A DNA stretch of 64,000 bases. Origin: Takakia lepidozioides. Taxonomy: Eukaryota > Plantae > Bryophyta. The stretch's first letter is position 1. Every line of letters begins with the position of its first letter. Shown here in pieces: positions 1 through 12,600 of this stretch. Location of the stretch: NCBI GenBank assembly GCA_030704615.1, contig CM060731.1, positions 10,106,001-10,170,000 on the forward strand. The letters are read 5' to 3'. The notes under the pieces were generated by a model that was not told the DNA's origin, did no database searches, and worked only from the letters and a program-made list of their open reading frames with translations. Both the position numbers and the translations under genes were made by a program.

Positions 1-512
1 AGTTTTACTTCTCTATAGTTTCCAGGTTGCATGTCCCTGCTGGGAGTAAGATCCTCAGAAAATTGCACCTCTTTCTATTTGGGTTTTAGTAATGAACTAT
101 TTTATCTCTAAATCTCTCCAAAGAGAACGGATAGACCATTACCTCATTCCATTCAGTGTTCACGTCCTTTTAAATCAGTGCATGTCTGCCAAAGTTTGTC
201 TCTAGGAAACTACTACCAATTCCTCTGGCACTAAGGTGTCCTTACAAGCTTTGGAGTCACACCCCCTCCCGTTATTTCTAGCTCCTTGACAAACAACCTT
301 AGCAAGCAATTCATAGGTAAAGCTTAAAGGACTTACACTGCTTCATGTGGACCATGTTTAGACTGGCTCATACATGTGAGATTCACCAAGTTCTAGTTTT
401 CTCCTCTCTTCACCATATCTTCTTTTGTCTTTCACTTGTCTGCCAATATTCGTTTATATTTGTGTGTATATGTGATACTCATGGTTCCATGGGGCATGGA
501 ATGACTGTGCAG

Positions 513-1136
513 CCCAGGATGTGGCATGCCATGACTTGGCCTTCCATTCCCTCTACTTTGGTTGCTGTTTCTACACATGCTGCTTTCGTCGAAAGCTCCG
601 GAAGCGCTTCAACATCCCTGTGAGTATGTTTCCAGGTTCACATTTCCTCCCCCAAATTCATCTTCCTCACAAAGTACAAATGAATAGCTCAAAGATCTGG
701 GTTCCTGAAAGAAGAAAACCAGGTAATGTATCTAATATGTGGAGTGACATCAAGGATGACTGGTGGCAGGGTGGATCATGTGATGATTATTGGGTACACG
801 CGTTGTGTTGCTGTTGTGCACTAGTTCAAGAGTGGCAAGAGATTCAAGCTCGTGAGCAGCAGGGTAATTCACTTCTTTTGATTCACCTTCTTCACTGATT
901 CTTCTCTGCAGTACAATGTAGGAACAAGAGGGTAGAATGCATGTTCCTAGAGACACACACACACCCAGGTTTGATGGTCTGTAAGGTGTTTCCCCCTTTC
1001 CGTCACCTCCCCAATAAAAGAACTGTGTGAGTAATCTGGGCTTGTGTGAATTGAAAGGGGGCTGTGTTTCTGTGCAGCATTCACAAACAACAAAAATATG
1101 GAGCCACCTTCCGAGCAAGCTATGGAGGGCTATTGA
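513..1136 (+). CDS. PLAC8 / cell number regulator (CNR)-family Cys-rich protein, 3' exons only (513-619, 770-863, 1078-1136); 5' exons not identified, probably upstream of the window
   Basis: Spliced translation QDVACHDLAFHSLYFGCCFYTCCFRRKLRKRFNIP|GGSCDDYWVHALCCCCALVQEWQEIQAREQQ|AFTNNKNMEPPSEQAMEGY*. YTCC.RRKLR..NI.GG.CDD...H..CC.CALVQEW.E is the PLAC8 signature. GT-AG introns with consistent phases. Confidence 0.9.
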
Positions 1137-3139
1137 TCACTACACCGTCCTCTGCCTCACTGAAGTATTTCCTTAGAAGGGAGGACTGAAAGAACGAAAT
1201 TTGACATATCTGTGGTAGATAAAAAATTAGGCAGGATACATTAAACATACAGAATTTTGATGAAATACTTAAAACCCCAATGTACTATTAAGGTCACTTA
1301 ACTCCAAATGTGAATTCCTGTTTCTACAGGTGTAGCTTTGGTCCTTGGCCTTGACCTTTCAAACTACATGTCCTGGGCTGATGCAACACCATTCCCCCTA
1401 CATGTGCTGGATAGATAATGTTATGTATCGAGGGCAATGCAACCAGCACCTGAATGCAACCTGTACATGGGGTTGTTGTGCCAGTGCAAACCCCTAGCCG
1501 GCTGAAGCACATAGTGATGGATTTTCAACAACCCTCATCACTTCTGAACTACTGACCCACCCAGTAGAAGGAGCACAAGATATACGATCTTAAACCCTCC
1601 AGTAGTTTATGACACATCTGTATACAGAGAAGCCTTCTATTGCCGAGAAACTAGCCTTGTTCCGTCAAGTACCACCACCACACATGATGCGTTCACCATG
1701 TGGTGAGCATTGTGAAGGGGGCACAAACCATGAAGAAGGGCCTTCCGGCCCCAACAGCAACCGCGAATGGGTCCACTAATTGACACTTCGGTTGCCACAA
1801 GTCCATTGAAATATACAGCACCCACTACATATCATGCAGGCATAGTACATCCAGGCTGTAGTTAATTGTCAGGGCAAATGTGTGCAGTATGTACTTGCGG
1901 ATACTGTAAGGGCACTTGCTTTGCCAGACTCACAGGTACAGACCCCGGGATCATGTGCACACTGTGTATCCTCCAAGGCGCTCGCCTGCAACATGCCCAC
2001 AAGCCAGTTAGTACACTTGAGAGAGAGAGAGAGAGAGAAACAAAATAAAAAATCAAGAAAACAGTAACTTCCGTCCAAAGGACTCCAAGGGCCAAGAAAA
2101 GAACCGTCGAACTACTTTGGCAGGGTGACAAAACAGACGACAGAGAGAAATGAAGAGAGAAAGGAAGAAACTTTTCTAGTCAAAAAAGGGCTACAATGGC
2201 CATGGGACAGGGTAGATGACACCAAGACTACTTCCTTGGAGACAACTTTTTGCAGCTCTTCTTTTTGCCCATGGTCCACATCAAGTGTCACCCGAAGACT
2301 TGAGGCCCTTCGTATAGAGAGAGAAATGCTCACTACCTGCTCCCTTTGCACAATGCTCAATAAGCATATATGTTCATTGAATACAGTTCAAAAAGCCAAG
2401 CCATGCTGCCTACATGTCATGTCATTGTCACCAAAGAATGCTGCCCCGACACTTTGTTTGCAAAATTCACCCTTGGTTGATAGACGATGATGGGCTCGGT
2501 GCCTACACCATCACAGCTCTACAATGGACACCTTCATGAAGCACATTTGTAACAACCCACGTTGAGAGAGAAACACAACCCATTTTTTCAGCCGTTGGCG
2601 TAGCCTTGGCTTGGTTTGCTGTTTGCTCGGGATTGTGGCTCTCCTGAGCGCGCAGGGAGAGTCCATACTAGTAACCTCTCCCATCAAATACACCAATTAT
2701 TATTTTTGGTGATTTTTTTGATCACACATGCGTTGCTTGCAAACTTGAAGAAAGCACGGCTAAATGTTGTGTCCAGAAAAGGAAAGGGATTGGTGTTCCC
2801 TTGTCCCTTGATTCAGTGTTGCGGGTGACATATTCACCTGGCTTAACTCGAACAAAGGTGTGTTATCAAACCAGGTAAGCTTGTCTGCAAGGTTTAAGCA
2901 TTGTAATGTCCAACAAAACAGCATGGGATAATGGACTCTTGAATGGGATGGAGATAGCCCACTTAGAAACACAAATAACTCGTTATGAGGACAATGCCAC
3001 AAATTGAGCGACGAATCCATGGTTTGTCTGAGGAAAAGAGTTCAGGTCCAGCCAGACTGCAATCAATCCATGGCCATACGGCCCAATGCGAACCTGCTTA
3101 CTTGCAAAAAGCAGACTTATGAGTTCATCCCTGTCCCTC

Positions 3140-3533
3140 CCTCCCTTCAAGGGAACTCCAATTCCCTCCAAGAGCTTGTTGCCTAACACTACCTCTGCAG
3201 TGGCATAACAACACTAACCTGGTTCAAGCCACGACCTTCCAGTAGAGACTATACACAACCTTTGTGACATTGGATATGGTTTCAAAGTGCGGAGGGGTAG
3301 ATTGCATCAGGTTCCACATCGTTCAAGAAATCTGGCCCCTTGGTCCATAGTCCCGGCGACCTTCTTGTCAAGAATCATATCCGAGAGCTTCCACAAGGAG
3401 CATGGAAATTAGCTTAAAGCTGTGGGAGTTTCCATTTGCGAGACGGGCTTGATTAGATGGCAGGGGTTCTGCTCCAGCAGCGTGACATCCAAAAATGATG
3501 GGTGGCGGTGTACAATTGGGTCCTCCTTTCAGT
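3140..3533 (-). pseudogene. Decayed tandem duplicate of the RPN6 terminal exon (last ~110 codons) plus ~85 nt of 3' flank
   Basis: 3224-3533 aligns to 3626-3960 (e.g. KEDPIVHRH...LLEQN.C.LI.P, ILDKK.AGT.DQGA, ETISNV.KVV.SLY...VVA*) with several indels. 3140-3200 matches the 3' flank at 3555-3612. Confidence 0.85.
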
Positions 3534-3625
3534 GACTCTCTCTCCACCATCCTCTCCTCAGAAGAGACTCCGATTCCCTCGAAGAGCATGTTCCCTAGCA
3601 CTCACTGTGCAGACCCTGAGCTGAT

Positions 3626-5528
3626 CTAAGCCATGATCTTAGCTGACTTCAAGTATAGACTATCCACAACCTTACTGATATTGGATATGGTTTCAAGTGT
3701 GGATGGGTAGATGCCGTCAGGTTTCACGTCATCAAAAATTATAAGACATCCAGCCCCTTGGTCCAGAGTCCCAGCAAACTTCTTGTCTAGAATCATCTGA
3801 GAAAGCTTCTTCTCCACAGCATCAATTGCGAGGCCAATGAGCTCAGAGATGTGGGAAATTTCTACCCGTGAGAAGGGCTCAATAAGCCGGCACAAATTCT
3901 GCTCCAGCAGAGTGTCATACAAAGTTGACAAGTGGCGGTGCACAATTGGGTCCTCCTCTAGTTGCTCGCGATATGCATTCAATGCATCTTCGAAATCCTT
4001 AAGGGAACGCTTACCATAGGCCTCAGCTACCGCTTTCATTGCATCAAGCTCAACTCCTGTACCACAGAATGTAAGTGATAAGTGATAGCCCATAACCTTC
4101 TGCCTTCTTCCTAGCATTCTATAACAATGTCTAGACTTTCTGGCCACAAACAGGTGACCCCTAGTGAGTTCACTTCAACAACCAAGTTCATTGCAGCTTC
4201 AACTCATTGTGTGCCACAATGCAGGAGGCAAAATTCGTTCTGTGGCCCCCTTAAATTACTTTCATTCACATCCACTGTAGGTGGGCTTTCTGTATCGATA
4301 TTGAGATGACTATCGTGTTACAAGATCTAGGCCTGTCAAATTAACTCACTGCCTGCAAAGTGAAGATGGGACATCTGAAGGCCCCTCAGCTTGGGCTGTT
4401 GTAAAATGTCAAGGGGTTTCAAAAACCCACTTCCTTCAGGAATCTGAATCAGTAACTACTATAGTTTGGTATAAGTGGAGAGCAATTAGTGATCAACCAA
4501 GCAGATACACTTTCAACATGTGGTGAGATGAAAGAAACCCTAAATTAGCACACGGCTCATCATCAGGTACAGCTCTTTCTGCTAATCTTGTGGATGCAAT
4601 CAAACAAAATATACTTCCACTGACCTGTGTACTTCAATCCAGCCTTTGAGGATATTAGGCTCCCCACATCATCAGCCTGGCTTATCATAATCTTGCACAG
4701 CAACATGTACTTGAGGCTGAAAACAGCACGGGGATCGTCCAAGGCATTAAACGCTTCAAAAGCTTCAAAAAAGTAGCTGAATCCCGTCTTGTAGTCCTTC
4801 TCTTCTGCATGCAAAATTCCGCTTTGGAGATCAATAGTGCCTTGCTGTGCCGGCGGGACGTAGATTGCATTGGCTGCGGTGCGTGCTGCTGTGAGGGCTG
4901 CTTTCGCCTTCGGCAAGTTTCTCAGAGAGAAATGCAACTTGCATTCCAGTAAGTCAATGTCCACCAGCAGGAGCTTGTCGTCGAGCCGCCGGACCTCCCG
5001 CACCAGATTGGTTAGCAGGGAGAGAGCCTCCGAGTACTCCTTGCCTTCCATCAACAGAGCTGCTAGCCGCGCTTCCACTCTCTGTCTCAAGAACATGCGC
5101 TTCTCGGTTCGTGTCCATTCCACCATGTCCCGACACAGCGAGATCTGCAGGGCTGAAGTCCCTGGAATCTTGGCTACAGCATCAATTACCCCTCTCACAA
5201 TCTTAGCAGTTTTAGCCTTGGGAATGAGGTTGAAGAACGGGCGAAGATCAGTGAGCAGGTTCCTAAGCTCTTCAGCCTTCTTCTCTTGAGAAAGCAGGTC
5301 CCCGAGCGCGGTAATTGCTTGCTCCTTAACCCGAAGAACCTCAGATGTTGATGAGGGATGCTGCAAAATCTCCCGAAGCATGGCTATGGCTTCCGTAGGC
5401 TTTGTATCCTTCAGCTCTAGAGCATTGGCCAGGGTATCACTTGGAAAACGCGAGGACCTGGAGGAGGCCTCCTTTTCTTGCGGTGGCAGAGCAGACACAG
5501 GGTGGTTCACCACAACAGGAGAAGCCAT
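3626..5528 (-). CDS. RPN6: 26S proteasome non-ATPase regulatory subunit 11 / RPN6 (exons 5528-4625, 4056-3626; 444 aa)
   Basis: Diagnostic RPN6 sequence: LRPFFNLIPKAKTAKIVR, FLRQRVEARLA, LDDKLLLVDIDLLE, AKAALTAARTAANAIY, DLQSGILHAEEKDYKT, PCI domain LLEQNLCRLIEPFSRVEI..KLSQMILDKKFAGTLDQG. One phase-1 GT-AG intron; CDS 1335 nt. Confidence 0.97.
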
Positions 5529-6043
5529 AGCTATCATTTGAAACAACCCAATTTTCTTAATCCACGACGATTTGGGTTCTCTCCCTTCTTTCTGGATCTT
5601 TCTCTCCCTTCCACCTCTCAGAATTTCTTTCTTTCTTCTTCTTCCTGCTTCCTTCCGACTCCGGTTCCCTCCGTCCTCACTGCACTGTGCCAGTGTGTTC
5701 CTGGATGGATCCCTTTTGTCATTTCCTCCTTCCCCATTGTTCATCCACAGTGCTGCTCTGTTGCAAAAAAAGGACTTCCCCTTCTGCTGTCTTTGATTTG
5801 CTTCAGGGAGTTGGTTGGAGGTCCACAACAGATGATGTTTCCAAGCCCCAACTCCCACCTCTATGTATCATAAACCCCTAATTCATAAACCCTCTCCAGG
5901 GCATGCCATCACCGTCACAAAGCACTGTTCCCACAAAATCTGGCGGACTCATCTGCTCCCGAGAGTAGCATCCTTCAGATGCGCACAGTTTCTCATCCGT
6001 GTTTGCATATTTCCGCCCTTCTCTCTCTTGCAGCGGTGCTGCA
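5529..6043. promoter_or_regulatory. Short divergent (bidirectional) promoter/5'UTR region between RPN6 and p24
   Basis: Start codons are 515 bp apart head-to-head. Telo-box-like AAACCCCTA/AAACCCT at ~5872-5893. Pyrimidine-rich acceptor ctctctcttgcag at 6021-6033 suggests a 5'UTR intron in p24. Confidence 0.6.
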
Positions 6044-7623
6044 ATGGCGACGGGAAGGTGGGCGCCAAGAGGTTTGGCGTTGAGGTTCGTGTTGCTGCTC
6101 TGCATGGGAGTAACCCAACAGAGTTTTGGACTTCTGATCACAGTGCAGAACGTGGAGTGTGTGTATGAAGAGGTGGAGTTCGATGGAGACGTGGTGTCGG
6201 GTAACTTTGTGGTGATGGATCATGAGATCTTCTGGGGCGCAGATCATCCCGGGATTGAGCTCGTGGTATGTTTGCTTTCGAAATCTACTTGGTGATCACG
6301 ACTAGATCAGTACTTCACTTTTTGACAAATGGGTTGCTAAAGTGTGGGCCTCCCGAGCGTCCCACGGGAGAGTCTAGAGATTCTAGAGTTTGTTACTTTC
6401 AACCCTGATTCTGGAATTTGATTGTTGCAAACTGGTGATCACGGGTGATCGCGAGAAGACTTTCCAAATTTTGATGCACGCGCTTTTTGAGAACGTGAAG
6501 TGAATGGAACAATTTGAGTGGAGCTTAATTACTTGTATGATGGTTTGCAGGTGACAGGACCTCAGGGTAATAAGGTGCACACTGCAACTGCCAAGGGCGA
6601 TGAAAAGTTTGCATTTGTGGCACACCGGAAAGGACTCTACAAGTTTTGCTTCCACAATCCAACGTCAGCCCCTGAGCAAGTCACCTTCTACATTCATGTT
6701 GGTCACATCCCAGGCATAGAGGATTTGGCCAGGGATGGTAAGATTGCTTCCATCCGTCTCAATCATTCAGAAGATTGTTGTGGAAATCTCATTGACCAGT
6801 TGAAATTTGAACAAGCATCATGAAGGTTGGTATCTTTAGAATTTGAATTGAAGGGTGGGCAAGTGTGTTCCAGCCTGACACATCATGAGCACCACTCAAC
6901 CCAAAGGCATCTGCTGTCACTGAGGAAAGAGTGTGCCGGAGGGTGTTCAGAAATCCCTCTCTCCACTGTGCAGTGGCCATATTTTCTCAAAGGGAAAGCT
7001 ATGTGCAGGCCTAGTGCTAATGAAGTCGTTGAGTCTGGTTTGTCTGGATTCTAAGAATTTAGAGGGTCTGCACAACTCACGCTATTGGATCTAGCACCCA
7101 ATATTCAGGGGATACAAGGATGATGGGGTGCAGAGAACTTGAAACCAGTGAATGTGAAGATTGCAAAACTACGAGAAGCACTCGAGGCTGTTTCTGCTGA
7201 GATAAATTACTTGAGAGCTAGAGACGTACGGCATCGTCGCAGTAAGTTCTTTTTCCATTCTCTTCCTTAGGTTATGGATATCCAGTGAACAGTACTTCTA
7301 GGTTAGATATTTCACAACATGCTCATTGTGGCAAATCGCTGAAATGGAGACACAGAATTCTACATACAGACAAAATTGTGGAAGAGCTCTGTTCAAAATA
7401 GGTGCATTGATGTAGAGGAGCTTGTAGAAGAGAGAGTTGACAAGCTATACCTGTGCTCTAGTAATGGGAAACTGAATTGTGTGTGGCAGCAAACGAGAGC
7501 ACCTACAAGCGGATGATAAGGTACACACTGGCTGAATATCTCCTCCTGGTTGGTGCTAGCCTTGGCCAAGTCTACCTCATCCGTCACCTCTTTAGTAAGC
7601 GTATTGGCTTCAACAGAGTGTAG
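6044..7623 (+). CDS. Transmembrane emp24 domain protein, p24beta type (exons 6044-6265, 6551-6737, 7134-7241, 7490-7623; 216 aa)
   Basis: Signal peptide, GOLD domain (ECVYE...GNFVV.D; G.KF.F.A.RKGLYKFCFHNP), coiled coil (LREALEAV.AE..YLRARD.RHR.TNEST.KR), TM helix and tail HLFSKRIGFNRV*. GT-AG introns, phases consistent, CDS 651 nt. Confidence 0.95.
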
Positions 7624-9602
7624 CCTCACATTCTCGAGACCATGCTACTCAGTGGCGATTGCTCACTTCCACTTTGCACAATTGGCTTGACCATTGAAGG
7701 ACTCCTGCTCTTGCCCATTGAATTGCCAAAACCTGTCTTCCTTTTAGGCCTCATTTGGAATTACTGTAGCCGCAGGGCAAGAGTGAATGGAATATCCTCT
7801 AGGTGGTTCTGGGTTTGAATCCTGATTACCACAGTGCACAGTGGGATTGCACTTGTGCTGTTACTCAGCTTTTATGCCCTTAAGGCCTTGTTGTTGTAGC
7901 CTAATGGCTTATAACCAGAAGAACCACCCGGAAGGTCTCATGTCATTGGCATGGTGATACGTTGGTTTTGAGTTGCACAAGGTTGTCCCCTACTGTGGCC
8001 ATATGTTGGAACGCAGTTTGCAAGTATGGAATGTGTGAAGGACAAAGATATCGAAGATATTGTGCAGCAAGACGTCAGTGCTGGGCTCAGGGTTGCTGCG
8101 GTAATTCTCTTGTCATTAGAAGTGGTTCAATGCATGTCAGTATTTTTTTTCACGGGCTTAAGGCCTCTTGTAGTCCTTTTGTGGTCGATCCTATCCATAA
8201 TTGATACACTTTTTTGCAGCTGATGCACTGATGCAAGCTCCAGCTGGCACCGTGGACAGATCCTACATATTTTGGACAGAAGCCAGCATAAAGAAGAGCC
8301 ACTCTCCCTTGCCGGCTTTCTGTTAGTTCTATTCCAAAAGACTAAAATTTGATCTTCTTACAAATCCCAAGGCCGCCTGATGGCAGGGAATGCTGAATCG
8401 AATTATATACCCAAAAAGGGAGAGAGGGTAAAAACACAAGGAAAACATAGCCTCACAACAGCCATCAGGCACAGTATAGGGCCCAACGTGCTGATCTTCA
8501 TCATTTTGTCTGAACAGAGAGGCAGATTGAGGACTCTAATGATGCCCACTGGACGAAGAATTTCTAGAGAAGATGTTTTGATTGCCTTGCAGCCAGGCAA
8601 TCAAAACTTGCAGATTGGTGATTCCCAGTTAGCCTGCCATGGATTGCAACAATGCTGATGAGCATCTACCTGATACAAACTTTAGGGTCTGAAGCAGAGA
8701 TCTCCTCTGGAGAAGTTTCAAGTGACTTGAAGATACACCCATTTTCGGAAGCTGTGCTCTCTCAGGCCACTCTCTAGAAAAAATTGGAAAGCTTAAGCGC
8801 CTAATTGGAAGAGAGCCTCTATGAGGGATGGCCTATAACTGATGGAAAAAATCCATGGAAATGTATGGAAAATGTGTACAGTTGGTTACTCTGTGTGAAT
8901 GATTGAAAATTTGGACAAACATTAAGGTCATGAAATGGCCATGATATGTCATGAGATTGATCATGAATACCACCTTTGGGCGGTGTCCTTTGAGCTTTGT
9001 GCCCCACGTCTCACGACGAGGTTACTATGAAAGAGGTTATTTTCTCCTCTCACTAAGTTATATTTGAGGGGCCTGATTTGTGATGAGCGGTATACCAGCT
9101 AATTATGCACAATAACGTATATTGGAAAGCTCAGATTTGCATACCTACCCACCTAGTGAAGGACAATTTCACAATCCCACTCTAAGTTAATAGAACGCCA
9201 AGTGCGAAGGAGATCATGTCGCGTGCTTCCGCTACGTATCTTTTCTTCTGCTATACTGCCGGCCTGGAAAGAGAAGGCTGGAAATGGAACAACTGACTTG
9301 GATAATCGATCATTCGCAGCAGACATCTGATGGAGGTCTAGCGGGAGTTTGTGGGCCGAAGTGTTGGCCAAGGATGTTTGAAGAAAGGCAACAGTAGTAT
9401 GTCCTTACTAGTGATCTCAAGGGAGGTGTCATGGAAAGATCCGTAGGTGGGTATGGGTTTTCTGCGGACGTTCGAGTAATTGAATTTGTGCGCCATTTCA
9501 TATTCTAAGCACAAAGCTGTGATATGATCTGCATGCTCATGCTAATCCCCGCCCTCACTCTATTTCCTTCATCTCTCTTCGTACTCTAATTTCAACCTGG
9601 GA

Positions 9603-12600
9603 ATGCATCGTTGCATTCTTTGCGCTGCCATGGAATTTCTTCCCAAGTCGTTGTCTTGTCGAGCAGAAGACCAGCTTTTTAGAGCGTGTCAACCCATTTC
9701 AAGCTGGTGCAGGAGCGAAGTTGGAAAGTCTTTGGATCAGTTGCAGACAATCCCTAAGATTTTCCGTAAAGGGTTTAATCGACGAGATTTGACAATTTCA
9801 ATTTGCAAATCCCAGCCTGAGAAAGTGAGTGCAACTGGCACAGGGCCCAACAGCAGCTATACCACACTTGACAACCAGGTGCGCCACACTTTGGAGGTAA
9901 AACGCAGTAAATTCATGGCGGTTGCAGCTCCAGTAGCCGACGAAGACGCAGCCCTAGCATTCCTCTCTCAGGTCCTTGCCCGCATGCTCAGCTCCTATCA
10001 ATTTCCTCATAGTTGGAATTCCTATGTGTCAATTGATTTGAAAACTAAATTTGCAATTATAATTTTTTGAATGCTACCCAACTACACCTTTTTCTGTTTG
10101 TGGATGTTGCTGAGAGAGACTGCCTAGGGGATTTGGGTGAATGTATTGTCTGATCGAGGAACGAAGTACCTGGGCGTCCCAGCTTAACATTTTAACTTGG
10201 TGCAAAGTGCCAAATATTCAGTCCCTACAATAGCCTGCCAGCAAGATTTTCTTTTGATGGGGACCCACTGTCTAATGACAGATGTATGCTTATGCAAGTT
10301 TAGATCGTTATGTTCATGCAGGAGTGAGGGAGGTTGTCTTTCACTTCTTCAAAACTTTTCGGAGATTTTAAAGAGGGAGAGAGAAGCAGGGGCGGATGGG
10401 AGGGTGAGGGAGACCAATATCCAGCGATGGAGTCATTGGTAGCGCACTGCGGGCTGACAGAAAGTAGGGTTGCTTTATGTGGGCATGATGGCACAGGTGC
10501 GTGATCCCAGTGCTTCTCATAACTGCTGGGCTTTTCAGGTTAGTGAGTGGGTGTGGCATGTACATAAGGTGCCTGAGACATTTTTCATGTAGTGCTCTTT
10601 TGACATTCTCACCCTCAAGTAGATGAACCAGTTTCAGTGCTAGAATACCATACTTCATGGCTTTGACAGCCTTCATAAAGTTTGAAGAGGGCTGATGCTG
10701 GAAGGACCACCCTTCTGGATGTTGTACTTTCCCCACAATTAATGCACTTTATGACTGAGTGTTGTCGTGGTGAAATTTTGAGCATTATGTCCCACATCAA
10801 CCAGTTTTGTCCCGAGGTATATAGAAATTTGTGTCTGGTAACAGAGCAAGTCGAACTGTGATACTATCCAGACTTCAATTTAGGTGCTGCAATTTGATGG
10901 AGACTGATGTGTGTATAGATAGGAGAGCGCTCGCGTTTCAGTGATGATGGGGAGCCGGGAGGCACAGCAGGGAGGCCGATGCACACTGCCCTCAATTCTT
11001 CTGGACTTGATCACGTCATGGTGGTGGTCACCCGGTGAGTCTCTGCTTTTTACTAACAGGCAGCATATCTTGTCCGGGATGTGATATCTGTACTTCTGAG
11101 GAAATGAAGATCTGCAGGATTGAATGTCTTCTGATCAATTTGCCAAATGTATGCATGGATGCTGCAGTTATTACGGTGGGACAAAACTAGGCACTGGAGG
11201 CTTAGTGAGGGCGTATGGGAGAGTGACTTCAGAGTGTCTGAAGGATGCTCCAACTGTTATCTTCAAGGCTAAGGTCCTCCTCTTTGATCCGAGAGACACT
11301 TATGTAATAGGCTAATTTACTCTCATGAATGTCAATGTCCTACTTAATGCTCTTCATTCCCAAGTCTGTTGAGTGAGCACAGAGCCTTTTGTTATGTGTC
11401 CATCCGCAACAGGCTAGTCCTCTTCAGCAAGAGGTTTTAATTTTCTGATTGATGCCCAGTTGTTATATCTTGCAGGTCCCCATGACACTTCGTGCACCAT
11501 TCGATGTCCTTGGTGTACTCTATCCTCTTGTAAGTAGGCCATTAAATATGGTTGTTTGGGGAGAAAGACTTCCATTAATGGTGATTTGTTTTGACCTGTA
11601 TTATCTATGTTGTCTTCAACAGTAACGTCTGCCCCATACAAGGCTCTAACTTCTATGTTTGTCCTCTGTCAGGATTTGCTTAGGGTTAAGGGTCTTGGGA
11701 TGGTCATATCGGGGATTGTCAGTGCAGGAAAGAGGAGACTTGAGTCTGTCCTGGCTCTTTGCTCGAGAATTAGCTAATTGCAGATCATAAGTACTCTGCC
11801 CAGCATTAGGCCTTCTCACATGAGAAAGTTGCGGAGTGGCACCATATGATTTCATCAGGGAACACCATTTTAGTGCTAGACGCTTTAAAACTCCCACTGT
11901 TCTCACACATGGCTATGCTAGCCAAGTGTGTTGTGTGTGTGTGTGTGTTAGAGGCTGTAGTGTCCAAAGCCATGTCTGTTGCCAGGAAATTGTCCGATGA
12001 AAACGAAGTTAGGCAGAAAACTTCCCTGAGCTTGTTTCCAGTCTGTGACATGGGGGAGGCCATCATGGATAACCTCAAGGGTTTACCCACTCTCGGCACT
12101 AGACTGAAATTTAAACTCAGGGCGGGAAGCCTACCTTTGAACAGCAAACAGATGCAGAGAGGGAGGGGTATTGCAAATGCCTGTTGTGTGGGCAACGTGA
12201 AGATAAATATTCACTTTGAAAATCTCGAGGCTGAACCAAAATCCCAGGCCCTTTTGGGGCCTAGTTATTGGGTAAATCACACACAGCAGATTGATGCTTG
12301 TGTAAAGGGATTTCTAGAGGATATCTGGATAACTCAGATCAATTGTCTGTTCCAATGTAAGTCATACTACCGGCGTCAGCCCCTGACAAAGGTAGTTTCT
12401 GTCCCTTTGTGTTCTGCTCAAACTGGGCGCGGGGTCAATGGCCACAAGGCTACGGCAAACGTCGTCTTATGAGTACATTCTCTCACCTCAAGGATTTACC
12501 TACTCTTGGCACTAGACCAAAATTTAAGCTCAAGGCGGGAAGCCTACCTTTGAACAGCAAACAGACACAGAGAAGAAAGGGGGATTGCAAATGCCCGTTG

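Noticed and set aside
1324-3000. Cys/His-rich short ORFs, with faint resemblance to KDZ-type transposase motifs (CRH...GE, CQL...GAG) and a GVFDG PP2C-like word
   Set aside because: The motifs are short, in different frames and wrongly spaced, with many stops. Not supportable without a profile search; the region remains unexplained.
5529-5858. 110-aa N-terminal extension of the RPN6 ORF in the ORF track
   Set aside because: It starts at a non-ATG codon, translates purine-rich leader sequence and has no RPN6 similarity. The ATG at 5528 gives a normal-length protein.
7783-7835. tRNA/SINE-like A box (TAGCCGCAGGG) and B box (GGTTTGAATCC)
   Set aside because: No cloverleaf, degenerate boxes, and no second copy or TSD in the window.
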